Positions 11,450-21,760 of a DNA stretch of 64,000 nucleotides are shown here, one piece after another. The DNA lies in NCBI GenBank assembly GCA_963762565.1, contig CAVXLD010000010.1, forward strand, positions 128,001-192,000, read 5' to 3'. Position 1 is the first letter of the stretch, and every line of letters starts with the position of its first letter. Source of the DNA: an uncultured Verrucomicrobiae bacterium (GTDB lineage Bacteria > Verrucomicrobiota > Verrucomicrobiia > Chthoniobacterales > JAFAMB01). Made by a program: the position numbers and the translations under genes. The notes under the pieces were generated by a model that did not search any database, was not told the origin of the DNA, and saw nothing but the letters and a program-made list of their open reading frames with translations.

Positions 11450-12542
11450 AGAGTATTTCTTCAAAGACGCCGCCGCCCAACAGCATTTCGCCGTCGTAGA
11501 GAGCGCAGATCTGGCCCGGGGTCAGCGCTCGTTGCGGGTCGGCAAATTCAAGGAGCGCGGAGTCTTCACCGATCGCTTCAAAGCGGACAGAAACCGCTCG
11601 CGCCCGATAGCGCGGCTTGACCTGAATAGTAGCAAACGAGGGTACCTCTTCGTTAGTAAAGGAGAGCGCTCCTATGCGGCATCGCGAGGAGTAAAGACCG
11701 CGGGACTCAGGCCGATCAAATGCAACGATCAACTCGTTGGTCGCCAATCGTTTCTCGACTACGACATAAGCTTCCGACGGCGTATTAGAAGGCACGCCGA
11801 GGCCTCTTCGCTGACCGAGCGTGTACAGGTGCAACCCTCGATGAGATCCTAAATGCGTTCCGGTCAGATTCTTGATCGGACCAGGTTTGTCAGGGACAAA
11901 TGCTCGCAGAAAATCGGTCATCCGCACATTGCCGATGAAACAGATCCCCTGTGAATCTTTCTTGGTCGCTGTACCCAGGCCGTGTTCAGCGGCCAGCCGG
12001 CGTACCTCAGATTTTTGGAGATCTCCTACCGGAAAGCGGGCCGCAGCAATTTGTTCCTGTCGCAGAAGCGCCAGGAAATAGGACTGATCTTTACTCTTAT
12101 CGACTCCCTCCAAGATATCGTAGCTCCCATCAGCGCGCTGGCGCCGTCGAGCGTAGTGCCCGGTAGCAACCGCATTAAAACCCTGTTCCCGTGCGTACTC
12201 TAAGAAAACACCAAATTTTATTTCGCGATTGCACATCACGTCCGGGTTCGGCGTTATCCCAGCTTCGTATCCCTGAAGTAAATACTGCACGACTCTCGAA
12301 CGGTAAGCATCCATTAGATTGACCACCCGGAAGGGGATGGACAAGGATTCGGCTACGTTGCGAGCATCCTCGATGTCTTGCTGCCAGGGGCAATCGCCGA
12401 ACACGCCTTCTTCGTTGATCCAATTCTTCATATAGGCGCCCTGCACAAACGCGCCTCGCTGCTGCACCAAGAGTGCGGCAACACTGCTGTCCACACCGCC
12501 AGACATACCAACCAGCGTGCGGTCTGAAGAATCGGTTTTCAC
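11448..12542 (-). CDS. mnmA: tRNA 2-thiouridine(34) synthase
   Basis: [31 protein letters not shown] and KKDSQGICF. Confidence 0.97.
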   Translation of the reverse strand: MKTDSSDRTLVGMSGGVDSSVAALLVQQRGAFVQGAYMKNWINEEGVFGDCPWQQDIEDARNVAESLSIPFRVVNLMDAYRSRVVQYLLQGYEAGITPNPDVMCNREIKFGVFLEYAREQGFNAVATGHYARRRQRADGSYDILEGVDKSKDQSYFLALLRQEQIAAARFPVGDLQKSEVRRLAAEHGLGTATKKDSQGICFIGNVRMTDFLRAFVPDKPGPIKNLTGTHLGSHRGLHLYTLGQRRGLGVPSNTPSEAYVVVEKRLATNELIVAFDRPESRGLYSSRCRIGALSFTNEEVPSFATIQVKPRYRARAVSVRFEAIGEDSALLEFADPQRALTPGQICALYDGEMLLGGGVFEEIL

Positions 12543-12552
12543 GAGCCTTTAC

Positions 12553-13164
12553 CTATCGAGGAAATTCCGTGCGACCGCTGAATGCTCTCGCGATGGTGAG
12601 ATCATCCGCGCTCTCGAGGCTAAGCCCGGCCGGTAGACCCTGGGCAAGCCGAGTAACTCGAAGCGACATCCCGGCCAAGAGTTGAGATAGATAACTTGCG
12701 GTCGCTTCCCCTTCGACATCCGCGCCAAGCGCTAAGATCAGTTCTCGCGGAGTCGCCTGTTTGATCCTTTCCAGCAAGGCGTCGAAACGCAAGTCTTCGG
12801 GTCCCACGTGATTCAGCGGCGACAACTTCCCACCCAATGCGTGATAGATACCCTGGAAAGCACCGGTTCGTTCAAGGGGCAGAATGTCCGTTGGTTGCTC
12901 GACCACACACAACACGACGCGGTCTCGTCCAGGGTCGCTACAAATCGAGCACAGCTCTCCTTCTGCAAAGAAGCCGCAGTCACGACAGTTGAGAACCGCT
13001 TTTGTACATCCGGTTATTGCCTCACTAATCTCTCCAGGGCGTGAGTTGGGCGCCTGAATCATCCAGAGCGCGATTCGCTCGGCGCTCCGCGGGCCGATCC
13101 CTGGCATCCGGTGAAGTTGCCGGATCAACTCTTGCAACGGCAGTGGGTATTCTACTTTCCGCAC
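12553..13164 (-). CDS. recR: Recombination mediator RecR
   Basis: PGIGPRSAER, a C4 zinc finger, CVVE and EGEATA. Confidence 0.96.
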   Translation of the reverse strand: MRKVEYPLPLQELIRQLHRMPGIGPRSAERIALWMIQAPNSRPGEISEAITGCTKAVLNCRDCGFFAEGELCSICSDPGRDRVVLCVVEQPTDILPLERTGAFQGIYHALGGKLSPLNHVGPEDLRFDALLERIKQATPRELILALGADVEGEATASYLSQLLAGMSLRVTRLAQGLPAGLSLESADDLTIARAFSGRTEFPR

Positions 13165-13178
13165 AGGAGCTTTCTAAG

Positions 13179-13335
13179 CGCGAATGGACACGAATGAACG
13201 CGAAGATAAAAAACAAATCCACCACCGATTAACGCAGATAAATTCTTCGAAAACGGCTTCCCTCATTTCACTACGCTTTATCTGCGTTCATCTGCGGTTC
13301 GTCTTTTTGTTCGCGTCCATTCGTGTCCATTCGCG
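13179..13335. repeat. Nested decamer hairpin family D, copy 2
   Basis: 26-bp IR CGCGAATGGACACGAATGAACGCGAA (1 mismatch) enclosing AACGCAGAT / ATCTGCGTT units. Confidence 0.85.
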
Positions 13336-13368
13336 GTTTGTTTTTGAATTCAGTTAGAGCGGACGCGT

Positions 13369-14943
13369 TCAGGCGGTGACATTCGCTTTACGATAAAAGT
13401 CCACCACTTTTTCGCTAAGGAACTTGTCGGGATCCTCAACCGCGCTTTCTGGAAACACGAGAGCCAGATTAGCATCGCGGTCCCTTAACAGCTTTAGACC
13501 GTAGGGATAGTCCTTGAACAAAACAGTACAGTATTCGGAGACCGGCTGGCCCGCGTCACGGGCTCGGGCTACGATCTTGGGAATCGCTGCTTCTTCGATA
13601 GAAAAGTCCAACCCATACTTCTGAGAGAAAACTACGGCAAACTGGCGTACTTGGTCGGCCTCGTTGAGATCGGCTTGAGTACGCGCCTCGTTCAATAATC
13701 TCTCCAACCTCGCGTTGGGATCCTTGATTACGTGAGCGTCGATAGTCAACGCACGAACTCCGGAGCCCGGCAAAGCAAACTTGAATTCTCGTAAAGCCCG
13801 ATCGCAAACGGTGACTAACCCACGAGCCCCGGTTTTCTCCAACGCTGCCCGCTCCGAAATCTCCCGAAGAGCGTCCTCGGTAAACTTCACTTCGATACCG
13901 AAGGCCGCGAAGGCGCGAACATATTGCCGAATAACGCTTCCCTCGGAGGACGTAAGGATTAGAAAGAAATCGTCCGCTGTGAGCTCGTTACATACGACCC
14001 GGATCGGCAAGCGGCCGATAAACTCGGGTTCAAGTCCAAAATCGATGAAATCCCTGGTAGAGGCCTGTCGCAGCAGATCGCTAGTTCCCAGGGGGGCAGC
14101 GTGAGCGCCGAACCCGATACTGGATTCAGTTAGCCTGCGGTCAACCTGGTCGCGTAAGCGGTCAAAGGCTCCGCTACAGATGAACAAGATATGCCGGGTA
14201 TTGATCATCTCCTTCTTCATCTTACCCTTTCGCTGGAACTCCAAGGCCGACTGTAGCTGCGACTGAATGTCCATGGGATTCCGGAGCGGAACTTCGGTTT
14301 CTTCCATCAGCTTCAGGAGTGTCGTTTGAACCCCTCGTCCGCTGACGTCGCGACCTACGGTGTTTCCACTGCTTGCAATCTTGTCGATCTCATCGACGTA
14401 GATAATCCCGTATTCAGCTAATGTTTGGTCACCGCCAGCGCGGTTAACCAGATCGCGAACCAGATCTTCAACATCGCCCCCGACGTAACCAGTTTCGCTG
14501 AACTTAGTTGCATCGGCTTTAACGAACGGGACGCCGATCAAATCGGCGATGTGCTTGATTAAGTATGTCTTCCCGACGCCAGTCGGACCCAAAACCAGAA
14601 TATTACCTTTGGAATACTCCAGGTCAGCCGCAGCCTTCGGATCTTCCTTTTCAAGCCGGCGGACCAAGTTCACGTGATTGTAATGGTCGCAAACAGCGAT
14701 GGCTAACGTCTTTTTAGCTTCATCCTGCTGGATTACATAGCGATCGAGATGTGCCTTGATCTGCTTCGGCGTTAAATGGAATTCAAACGGATCAAAAGTC
14801 TCTTTGCGCGTTGGAGGTTCTTCTTCGGTCACCTCGGGTTGCGGAAACGCTGCAACAGAAACCTTGTCGCCAAAGTTCGCTTTCATGAACTCTTGGATCT
14901 TCTTCTGCAATTCCTCTGGCGACGGAAACGGAGTTTCAGCCAT
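13369..14943 (-). CDS. Atypical ClpX-like AAA+ ATPase (no N-terminal Zn finger, extended C-terminus)
   Basis: [12 protein letters not shown] pore loop, DEIDK, RDVSG.GVQ, IGF loop, PEFIGRLP and GAR sensor-2. Confidence 0.88.
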   Translation of the reverse strand: MAETPFPSPEELQKKIQEFMKANFGDKVSVAAFPQPEVTEEEPPTRKETFDPFEFHLTPKQIKAHLDRYVIQQDEAKKTLAIAVCDHYNHVNLVRRLEKEDPKAAADLEYSKGNILVLGPTGVGKTYLIKHIADLIGVPFVKADATKFSETGYVGGDVEDLVRDLVNRAGGDQTLAEYGIIYVDEIDKIASSGNTVGRDVSGRGVQTTLLKLMEETEVPLRNPMDIQSQLQSALEFQRKGKMKKEMINTRHILFICSGAFDRLRDQVDRRLTESSIGFGAHAAPLGTSDLLRQASTRDFIDFGLEPEFIGRLPIRVVCNELTADDFFLILTSSEGSVIRQYVRAFAAFGIEVKFTEDALREISERAALEKTGARGLVTVCDRALREFKFALPGSGVRALTIDAHVIKDPNARLERLLNEARTQADLNEADQVRQFAVVFSQKYGLDFSIEEAAIPKIVARARDAGQPVSEYCTVLFKDYPYGLKLLRDRDANLALVFPESAVEDPDKFLSEKVVDFYRKANVTA

Positions 14944-15030
14944 TGAAGAACCTAAACGCCAGCCCGGGACGGTGCAAATGAGGCGGTGAGTGAGAGGTGA
15001 TTGGTGAGAAGTGATTGGCGAAGGCCGGTC

Positions 15031-15259
15031 GGCGCCTGGAGGGGAGCCGCTTTGCAGCGCAGCAGCTCCGGCGGTTATTAACAAGCGGCTCCCGGGAATG
15101 ACCCACAGAGCGGATTGGCCCAGATCGTTCGTTGCGCTGAGGCAGAGGCAGTTTCGTAGAGGCCACTGGATCATCGCCCGCCAGGGGTGATTCCCGGGAG
15201 CCGCTTGTTAAACAGCCCTCAGAGCTGCTAAGCTACAAAGCGGCTCCCCTCCACGCGCC
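15031..15259. repeat. REPIN-like family C, copy 1
   Basis: Termini CCTGGAGGGGAGCCGCTTTG / CAAAGCGGCTCCCCTCCA; inner pair GCGGCTCCCGGGAA / TTCCCGGGAGCCGC. Confidence 0.85.
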
Positions 15260-15315
15260 GCAACTGGCTTTCCGCCGGAAGGCAGTGCATGTTTCGCCGA
15301 TCTCGATATTGCCTC

Positions 15316-15891
15316 ATGAAAAGCGGGAAGAGATTCCTTTGCAGTGCCATCTTCGTGGTTTTTTGCGTCTTCACGGCGCGACCGATAGACAACGCAGCCG
15401 GCGCCGAACAATTTCAACTGAATGTCGCCGGGCTAAAGACTAATGACACTTTGCCTGACCGGTTTTTATATAATCATGCCGGTTGTGCGGGTGAGAATAT
15501 CTCGCCGGAAATCAGTTGGAGCGGAGTACCGGCTACTGCGAAAAGCCTCGCCCTGGTGGTCTGGGATCAGGATGCGCCCGTTAGCGGCGGCTTCTATCAT
15601 TGGGTGATCGTAAACGTTCCCGTTGGCACAACAAAGCTGCCGGAAGGCACGGGCGATGTTGCGAGTCACAAAGCTCCGAGGGGGGCGATCCAGTTGTTCA
15701 ATGATTGGGGTGAGTCTGGCTACGGCGGCCCCTGTCCCCCGGGCCATAGCCGACATCGTTATCATTTCATTCTGTATGCGCTAAACGCTCAGCTTACAGT
15801 CACCGTAAGGTCCAAGGTTTCAGAAGCCACCGCCGCAATCAAACAAAGTGCCATCGCAAGCGCCGAGCAGGTACTGGTTTATGGGCGGTAA
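15316..15891 (+). CDS. YbhB/YbcL (PEBP/RKIP-like) protein, secreted
   Basis: NISP.ISW, D.DAP, HW, GYGGPCPP and HRY; signal peptide. Confidence 0.92.
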   Translation: MKSGKRFLCSAIFVVFCVFTARPIDNAAGAEQFQLNVAGLKTNDTLPDRFLYNHAGCAGENISPEISWSGVPATAKSLALVVWDQDAPVSGGFYHWVIVNVPVGTTKLPEGTGDVASHKAPRGAIQLFNDWGESGYGGPCPPGHSRHRYHFILYALNAQLTVTVRSKVSEATAAIKQSAIASAEQVLVYGR

Positions 15892-15892
15892 C

Positions 15893-16125
15893 TTGCTGGG
15901 GCGAGGCTCCCGAACCACGCCTCGTATCATCAACACCCCCGCCAGTTCGGTCTTCACGATGTGTTATGTCTAAACGCGCCGAGCCGTTCCTAGCGTGCGC
16001 CGAACGAATTTGGTGGTATGCGCTGGGAACGGCTCGGCAGGTGTTTGGTATAACACATCGCGGGGGCTTAGACCGCGTCTGGCTCCGGCGGTAAGCAGCA
16101 TCATTCGGGAGCCTCGCCCCACCAA
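15893..16125. repeat. Family A, copy 2
   Basis: Same TIR as copy 1; long central hairpin CGATGTGTTAT...ATAACACATCG. Confidence 0.85.
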
Positions 16126-16127
16126 AA

Positions 16128-16883
16128 TCAGCGCTTAACCTGCTCCCACAACTGATCCATTTCGGCCAAGGTAAGAGACGCGAAGTTCAGGCCGCGAGCT
16201 TCAGCCAAAGCCTCCATCTTACGAAACCGTTCGGAGAACTTTCGGGTCGCGGCCTGCAGCAGTTCTTCAGCGTCCAGTTTGCTCTTGCGAGCAAAATTTA
16301 CGACCGAGAATAATAAGTCACCAAGCTCTTCTGCTAGTTTCTCGCCCGTCTCGACTTGCTCGAGTTCCTTGATTTCCTCCTTTACCTTCTGGAGAGAGCC
16401 TTCAGGATCGGGCCAATCAAACCCGACCCGCGCGGCTTTCGATTGCGTCTTTTGGGCTTTAGCGAGACCTGGTAAGCCACGAGGAACGCCATCCAAGGCA
16501 GACGCCCGCTCCGTCTTCTCTCGGCGTTTGATCGCGTCCCACTGCTTCAGGACTGCATCGCTGGTGGCTAACTTAGTGTCGCCGAAAACGTGGGGATGGC
16601 GGCGGACCAGCTTCTCAGAAATAACCTCAGCGACTGAATCAAAATCAAAACGCGCTTCTTCGCTGGCCATTTGGGCGTGCAAGACCACCTGCAACAGGAG
16701 ATCACCCAACTCTTCCTGCATGCCCTCATCGTCCTTATCATCGATGGCATCGATCAGTTCGTAACATTCTTCGACGACGTGCGGCTTGAGTGACTCGTGC
16801 GTCTGTTCCCTGTCCCACGGACAACCATCGGGAGAACGCAACCGCTGCACGATTTGCTTTAAGCGGTCGATTGGCGAAACCAT
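16128..16883 (-). CDS. mazG: Nucleoside triphosphate pyrophosphohydrolase MazG
   Basis: GCPWDREQTH, EELGDLL twice, RRHPHVF and GFDW. Confidence 0.96.
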   Translation of the reverse strand: MVSPIDRLKQIVQRLRSPDGCPWDREQTHESLKPHVVEECYELIDAIDDKDDEGMQEELGDLLLQVVLHAQMASEEARFDFDSVAEVISEKLVRRHPHVFGDTKLATSDAVLKQWDAIKRREKTERASALDGVPRGLPGLAKAQKTQSKAARVGFDWPDPEGSLQKVKEEIKELEQVETGEKLAEELGDLLFSVVNFARKSKLDAEELLQAATRKFSERFRKMEALAEARGLNFASLTLAEMDQLWEQVKR

Positions 16884-16909
16884 CTAAAGAATCCCTACGA
16901 GGTGCCCAA

Positions 16910-17758
16910 TCAATTCCTATCTTTCTCTAGTAGCCGGGCTCTCGCTCGTTCCAAAGTCTCTCGCTCTTTAGCTGACAAACTGGCGAGACCGTATTTCGCT
17001 ATTTTATCGAGCAGTCGATCGATCTCGTTGCTATCGGTCTGCCTAAAATCGCTAGTGGGCGCTGATTGGCTGCTGGGTTTCGAAACCACTCGGAAACGAG
17101 GACGCCTGAGAGCGCTAAGCGGGTTGGGGATGCTTGGCAGCTCCAATCCAGACTGCAGAAATCGGATGTATCCAAACGAAGCGAGACACACCAGGGTGAG
17201 CGTGAAGAAACTCAGCCAGTCTCCCTGGCTTATGGACATTATTGCGCCGATGGCATAGGAAATTATGCCGAGCCATCTTAGGGACAAAAAACCGAGCCAC
17301 TGCAAGCCGGGATACAACGTACAAAATGCGATAAAGAAGCCGACTGATACGGAATAGTTGCCGTAAAGCGGATAGGATTCACGAAGGAGAACCGCCCAGA
17401 CCGAATAAGCGATCACCGGCGTTAAAATGAATATCCCGTATAGCGTCAAAAATCTGGCCCGCCCGATGTACTTCTCCACTTCGACGGCGGCAATATATAA
17501 GAAGAACAGGCTAAATAGGGTAAAAAAAGACGGGAGATTAACAAAGCTGGAGGTCAAGATTTGCCAGATCTGACCCTGCAGAATCGATCGGGAGAGCGAA
17601 AAGGAGAATAACCCCAAGAGGTCGATCGACTGGTGCAAAATAGCGGTCAATAAAATCCCGACACCGTAAGCGACGGTCAGCAGAGTGGCGCAATAAATAG
17701 GATAGCCACGAATATACGAGACCGGTCGATCCTCGTTAAAACTGGAGAGTAGTGCCAT
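16910..17758 (-). CDS. Rhomboid-like membrane protein with a C-terminal DUF6576-like tail; catalytic residues apparently absent
   Basis: GQIWQILT, E...G...F..LY, hydrophobic helices and the tail IDRLLDKI...GLASLS..E...L. Confidence 0.7.
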   Translation of the reverse strand: MALLSSFNEDRPVSYIRGYPIYCATLLTVAYGVGILLTAILHQSIDLLGLFSFSLSRSILQGQIWQILTSSFVNLPSFFTLFSLFFLYIAAVEVEKYIGRARFLTLYGIFILTPVIAYSVWAVLLRESYPLYGNYSVSVGFFIAFCTLYPGLQWLGFLSLRWLGIISYAIGAIMSISQGDWLSFFTLTLVCLASFGYIRFLQSGLELPSIPNPLSALRRPRFRVVSKPSSQSAPTSDFRQTDSNEIDRLLDKIAKYGLASLSAKERETLERARARLLEKDRN

Positions 17759-17857
17759 AGGACAAAAACCTCGGGCGTGCCGGCTCTATTGTAAGGGAAT
17801 TTCGGCAACACGGCAAGGGGAGCGTGTCGGCGAACGGGCGAGAGGGCGAGTGGCTTT

Positions 17858-18097
17858 TGGTGGGGCGAGGCTCCCTGACGACCCAGGTCTTTACCCGGGT
17901 TTAAAGGTATTTCGACGCCGAAGGGGAAACGCCGGGCCGACAATCGTGCCGAGCCGGTCCCTAGCTGCGCTACCCTTCCGGCCCTGGACAACAATAGACC
18001 GCGGCTCGGAAGCGCATCGATACAGCACCCCCTCGGCTTTAGAACACCAGCACTCTCCGCGAAGACGAATCGTTTATTCAGGAGCCTCGCCCCACCA
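17858..18097. repeat. Family A, copy 3, inside an inverted octamer bracket
   Basis: TIR TGGTGGGGCGAGGCTCC; flanked by GGGCGANN units (about 17827-17851) and NNTCGCCC units (about 18104-18139). Confidence 0.8.
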
Positions 18098-18189
18098 GTG
18101 TTGACTCGCCCCTTCGCCCTATCGCCGGTTCGCCCTTTCGGTCGCTGTTTGCTTCTCCGCCCCAGGGACGCTACTCTTGGCGGGATCAC

Positions 18190-21100
18190 ATGCCTCAGAC
18201 GTTAGATGCTCCGGCGAAACAAAATGGATCGATGGTCCGCAAAGCCAGGAGTTTGGCGGCTCATACATTCAGACGATTGTCGAGGACCAGGCGGGCCAAG
18301 TCCGAGACCCGCAACTTGCTCCCGCTTCTTATCCAGGTGTTGGCCGGCTTTTCCAAAGTCGATGGCCGGATCCTTGAAGAAGAGATCGACTCGAGTCTGG
18401 GATTTCTCCGGTACGATTACCCGGAGGCGGTCTATTCAGAGTTACGGACGCTTTTTCAACGAGCTCTAAGAGAACCTCAGGATCTCTCGTCGATGGCCAA
18501 ACGGTTAGCCGAAGAGCTGAGCCAAGACCGGAAGATCATGCTGGGCGTGCAGCTTTATGACCTCATTGCCAAGGCCGGGATGCAGCAAGAACAGGTCATT
18601 GCCTACTACTCGTTCATGTCGCAGCTGGGCATGGCCGCCCAGGCAATCGACATTGTTTATCAGCTGAATTCCGCAGATTCGGCAGATCCATCGGTCTACC
18701 AAAAAGGAACCTCCCCGCTCGAGTCCGTGATCTTCGGCGAGGACGGAACCGTCGATGTGCCCTTGAAGGAACTAAAAAACGGCGAGCGGCTGATGGCTTA
18801 CCGCTATCATGACCTCATTCTCTTCAAGAACTTAAGTCCTCGAGTTGTGGTGGTGCGAGGCCGTTCCCTTTCACCGGGTGAATTCTGCCGAATCTACCCA
18901 GGGCAAAGGATCATAATCGGTGAACAGGTTATCACCCATCAGGACCTGATCTTCTATTTCAACGCTAAGAAGAACGTCTCACTCCCACGGATCTTTGTGA
19001 CGGTAAACCAGAATGATGAAATCGTTCTGGAGAAAGCTAAAACGAGGGATAGCTCTTTAGAGGTTCAGTTCGGCTTGAAGGTTCAGGTTTTCGCTCTGAA
19101 GAAAGTCGAGGCGAAACTCAATGGCACGCCACTCGAGGCTGGTAGAACGGTAACGGGGGCATTGGAAGATCGGATCGTCTTCGAGAACTCCAGCGAATTG
19201 CTTTTGTCCGATCTGCGCCGCCGAGCCAGAGCCATGGGGGGCCGGTTCCAGTTAAAAGCTTCTAAGTCGGTTTATCTAGTCTCAAACAACGCCTCGCTCC
19301 TTGAATCCGACGATATCCTGCTCAGTCCAGGAACGGTGGGTGAGGTGCTGTTGAAGATTTCCTGCGATTACGATCAATTGGTCGGCACGTTGGAAGTTCT
19401 GCAGGCGGACCGGCCAGTCATGGTTGGTGAAACCATCGTACGGGGCTCGGCCCAACTGGTTGATGGGAATATCATTCGGATCGATGCCGGTCAGATACTC
19501 CGGTGCAACTTCTCGGAGCGTATCATCGAGGAGGAACGCAACATCATCCGGCGCTTGGATGTACAAGATGTTTCGCTCCGCTTTCGGAACGGGGAAACCG
19601 CCCTCGATGGCATCTCCTTTTCCGCTAATCGAGGCGAAATTGTGTGCGTGATGGGCGCCAGCGGCTGCGGCAAGAGCACCTTACTGAAAACGATTTGCGG
19701 CCAGCTTGCTCCCACCAGCGGAGCGGTGTTACTAAACGGCCAATCGCTTTACAACCAGGTTGAGGCTTTACGCGAGTATGTTGCTTACATCCCGCAAGAC
19801 GACGCCTTCGACGAGCATCTCACGATCCACGAGAATCTCGATTACGCGGCCGCTATCCGGTCGCCTCACCTCTCCGCCAAGGATCGCCTGCGCCGGGTTG
19901 ACGGCAAACTGATTGAACTGGGCTTGTCGGAGCGGCGTGACAGCCTCGTCGGCAGCTCGGTGAAAAAATATCTGAGCGGCGGCGAACGAAAGCGGTTGAA
20001 TATCGGCCTCGATATGATCAGCTCGGCTGACGTATTTCTTTTCGACGAACCGACTTCCGGCCTCTCTTCGAAAGACTCGGAGCACGTTATCGAAATTATT
20101 CGGGGTCTTTCTCACAACAAGATCGTCTTGGTGACGATTCACACGCCGACCTCGAAGATCTTTCAGATGTTTAGCAAAGCGGTGTTGCTAGATAAAGGTG
20201 GTCGTCTGGTTTTCTTCGGGACGCCGCAAGAGATGCTCCAGTATTTCGCGTCAGTCGAACACCAACAACACTTCGGGACAGAGCTTGGGGGGTGTCCTGC
20301 CTGTGGCACTACGCGTCCGGAATTCATCTTTGATGTATTGGAAACCCCTCTCCGAGACCTGAGCGGCGACGTGATCTATGAAGAGAACGCTAGAGGCCAA
20401 CTAGTCGCCTCTCGTCGCTATTCGCCGGATTACTGGCGAGACAAATACGAATCGTTCCGCTTGATCCAGGAGATGCGGCAGGTCTCGGTTGTCCAGCCGG
20501 GTTCAACCGCATCGCCGATTCCATCCGCTAAACGGCAACCCATTCGATGGCGAGACGAATGGGTCAAATTCCAGACCGTTTTTAAGCGCGCCTTCGTCAG
20601 CAAATTGAGGAACCGGACAAACCTTTGGACCACAATCTTCGAGGCACCGCTTTTAAGCGCTTTGATCGGGTTTGTGCTGCGGTACGCCGAGAATACGCGC
20701 TACGATTTTGAGCACGCGTTCCACATTCCAACCTACCTGTTCTTATCGCTTGTGGTGGCGATGTTTTTAGGGCTGACCAACAGCGCTGACGATATTATTC
20801 GGGATCGAACCATTCTGCAGCGAGAACGGAACCTCAATATCCATTTACCTTATTACGTCGTTTCCAAGTTTATCACTTTGTCACTTTTCGCGGTCATTCA
20901 ATCGGCGCTTTTCATCGCGATCGGAAACACGATTCTGGAAATCCGCGGCATGTTCTGGCCCTATCTATGGTTTATCGGAACAACCGCAGTCAGCGGAGTA
21001 GCGGGAGGACTCTTAATTTCGGCTTTAGTTGATGATGCGAAAACCGCGGCAAATATCGTGCCGCTGGTTTTGATCCCCCAGATCATTTTGGGAGGAGCAC

Positions 21101-21759
21101 TGATCAAGTACGAGGAGATGAATCGCAACCTTGATTTCATCTACACATTGACGCGTGACCGGATGGCGCAAAATGCAGGCAGTGGCGAGAAATTGAAGGG
21201 CCAAAACGTCGAAGTGCCACTTATCTGCGAACTGATCCCAATGCGTTGGTCCTATGAAGCGTTGGTGGATGCCCAAGCGAAAATGAATCCGTTTACGCGG
21301 CGTCAAGACTTGCTCAGCACGAAGATCGACGCTCTGGCGCACGAACCGAAACTAACCAGCGCTCAGGACGACCGGCTTGAAGATCTGAAGGAGGCCTTGG
21401 CGATTGTTTCCGGACTCGGGGGCAAGAACTCTACGGAGGTGGAACGGCGGCTTCACTTAATTGATGGGGTGATCGACGGTAAACCGCTGGACGAAAATAA
21501 TTTCGATCGAAAGGGAAACGTAGTCACCGCAGAGCAGCTTTTTCAAAACAAGAAGATTTCAGACATGCTCGTTGACGCGGAGATGAAACAGCGAGACTAC
21601 ACGTCGAAGCAGCGCAACGTGTTTTTCGGTCCGGAAAAGTTAGTCTTCGGCCAAACCATCAGTATCTTCCTGTTTGACTCGATTGTGATCAACGGCTTCA
21701 CCGTTTTGTTTCTGATATTGATTCTTTGGCGGCTGCATCGGCAATTAAGGATTGGGTAG
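18190..21759 (+). CDS. Multidomain ABC transporter: TerB-like domain, degenerate FHA-like repeats, ATPase and ABC-2/ABCG membrane domain
   Basis: Walker A GASGCGKST, LSGGERKR, FLFDEP, VTIH, RER..L and a multi-helix TMD. The N-terminal KVDG...EEEI is TerB-like. The accessory domain calls are by eye. Confidence 0.85.
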   Translation: MPQTLDAPAKQNGSMVRKARSLAAHTFRRLSRTRRAKSETRNLLPLLIQVLAGFSKVDGRILEEEIDSSLGFLRYDYPEAVYSELRTLFQRALREPQDLSSMAKRLAEELSQDRKIMLGVQLYDLIAKAGMQQEQVIAYYSFMSQLGMAAQAIDIVYQLNSADSADPSVYQKGTSPLESVIFGEDGTVDVPLKELKNGERLMAYRYHDLILFKNLSPRVVVVRGRSLSPGEFCRIYPGQRIIIGEQVITHQDLIFYFNAKKNVSLPRIFVTVNQNDEIVLEKAKTRDSSLEVQFGLKVQVFALKKVEAKLNGTPLEAGRTVTGALEDRIVFENSSELLLSDLRRRARAMGGRFQLKASKSVYLVSNNASLLESDDILLSPGTVGEVLLKISCDYDQLVGTLEVLQADRPVMVGETIVRGSAQLVDGNIIRIDAGQILRCNFSERIIEEERNIIRRLDVQDVSLRFRNGETALDGISFSANRGEIVCVMGASGCGKSTLLKTICGQLAPTSGAVLLNGQSLYNQVEALREYVAYIPQDDAFDEHLTIHENLDYAAAIRSPHLSAKDRLRRVDGKLIELGLSERRDSLVGSSVKKYLSGGERKRLNIGLDMISSADVFLFDEPTSGLSSKDSEHVIEIIRGLSHNKIVLVTIHTPTSKIFQMFSKAVLLDKGGRLVFFGTPQEMLQYFASVEHQQHFGTELGGCPACGTTRPEFIFDVLETPLRDLSGDVIYEENARGQLVASRRYSPDYWRDKYESFRLIQEMRQVSVVQPGSTASPIPSAKRQPIRWRDEWVKFQTVFKRAFVSKLRNRTNLWTTIFEAPLLSALIGFVLRYAENTRYDFEHAFHIPTYLFLSLVVAMFLGLTNSADDIIRDRTILQRERNLNIHLPYYVVSKFITLSLFAVIQSALFIAIGNTILEIRGMFWPYLWFIGTTAVSGVAGGLLISALVDDAKTAANIVPLVLIPQIILGGALIKYEEMNRNLDFIYTLTRDRMAQNAGSGEKLKGQNVEVPLICELIPMRWSYEALVDAQAKMNPFTRRQDLLSTKIDALAHEPKLTSAQDDRLEDLKEALAIVSGLGGKNSTEVERRLHLIDGVIDGKPLDENNFDRKGNVVTAEQLFQNKKISDMLVDAEMKQRDYTSKQRNVFFGPEKLVFGQTISIFLFDSIVINGFTVLFLILILWRLHRQLRIG

Positions 21760-21760
21760 C

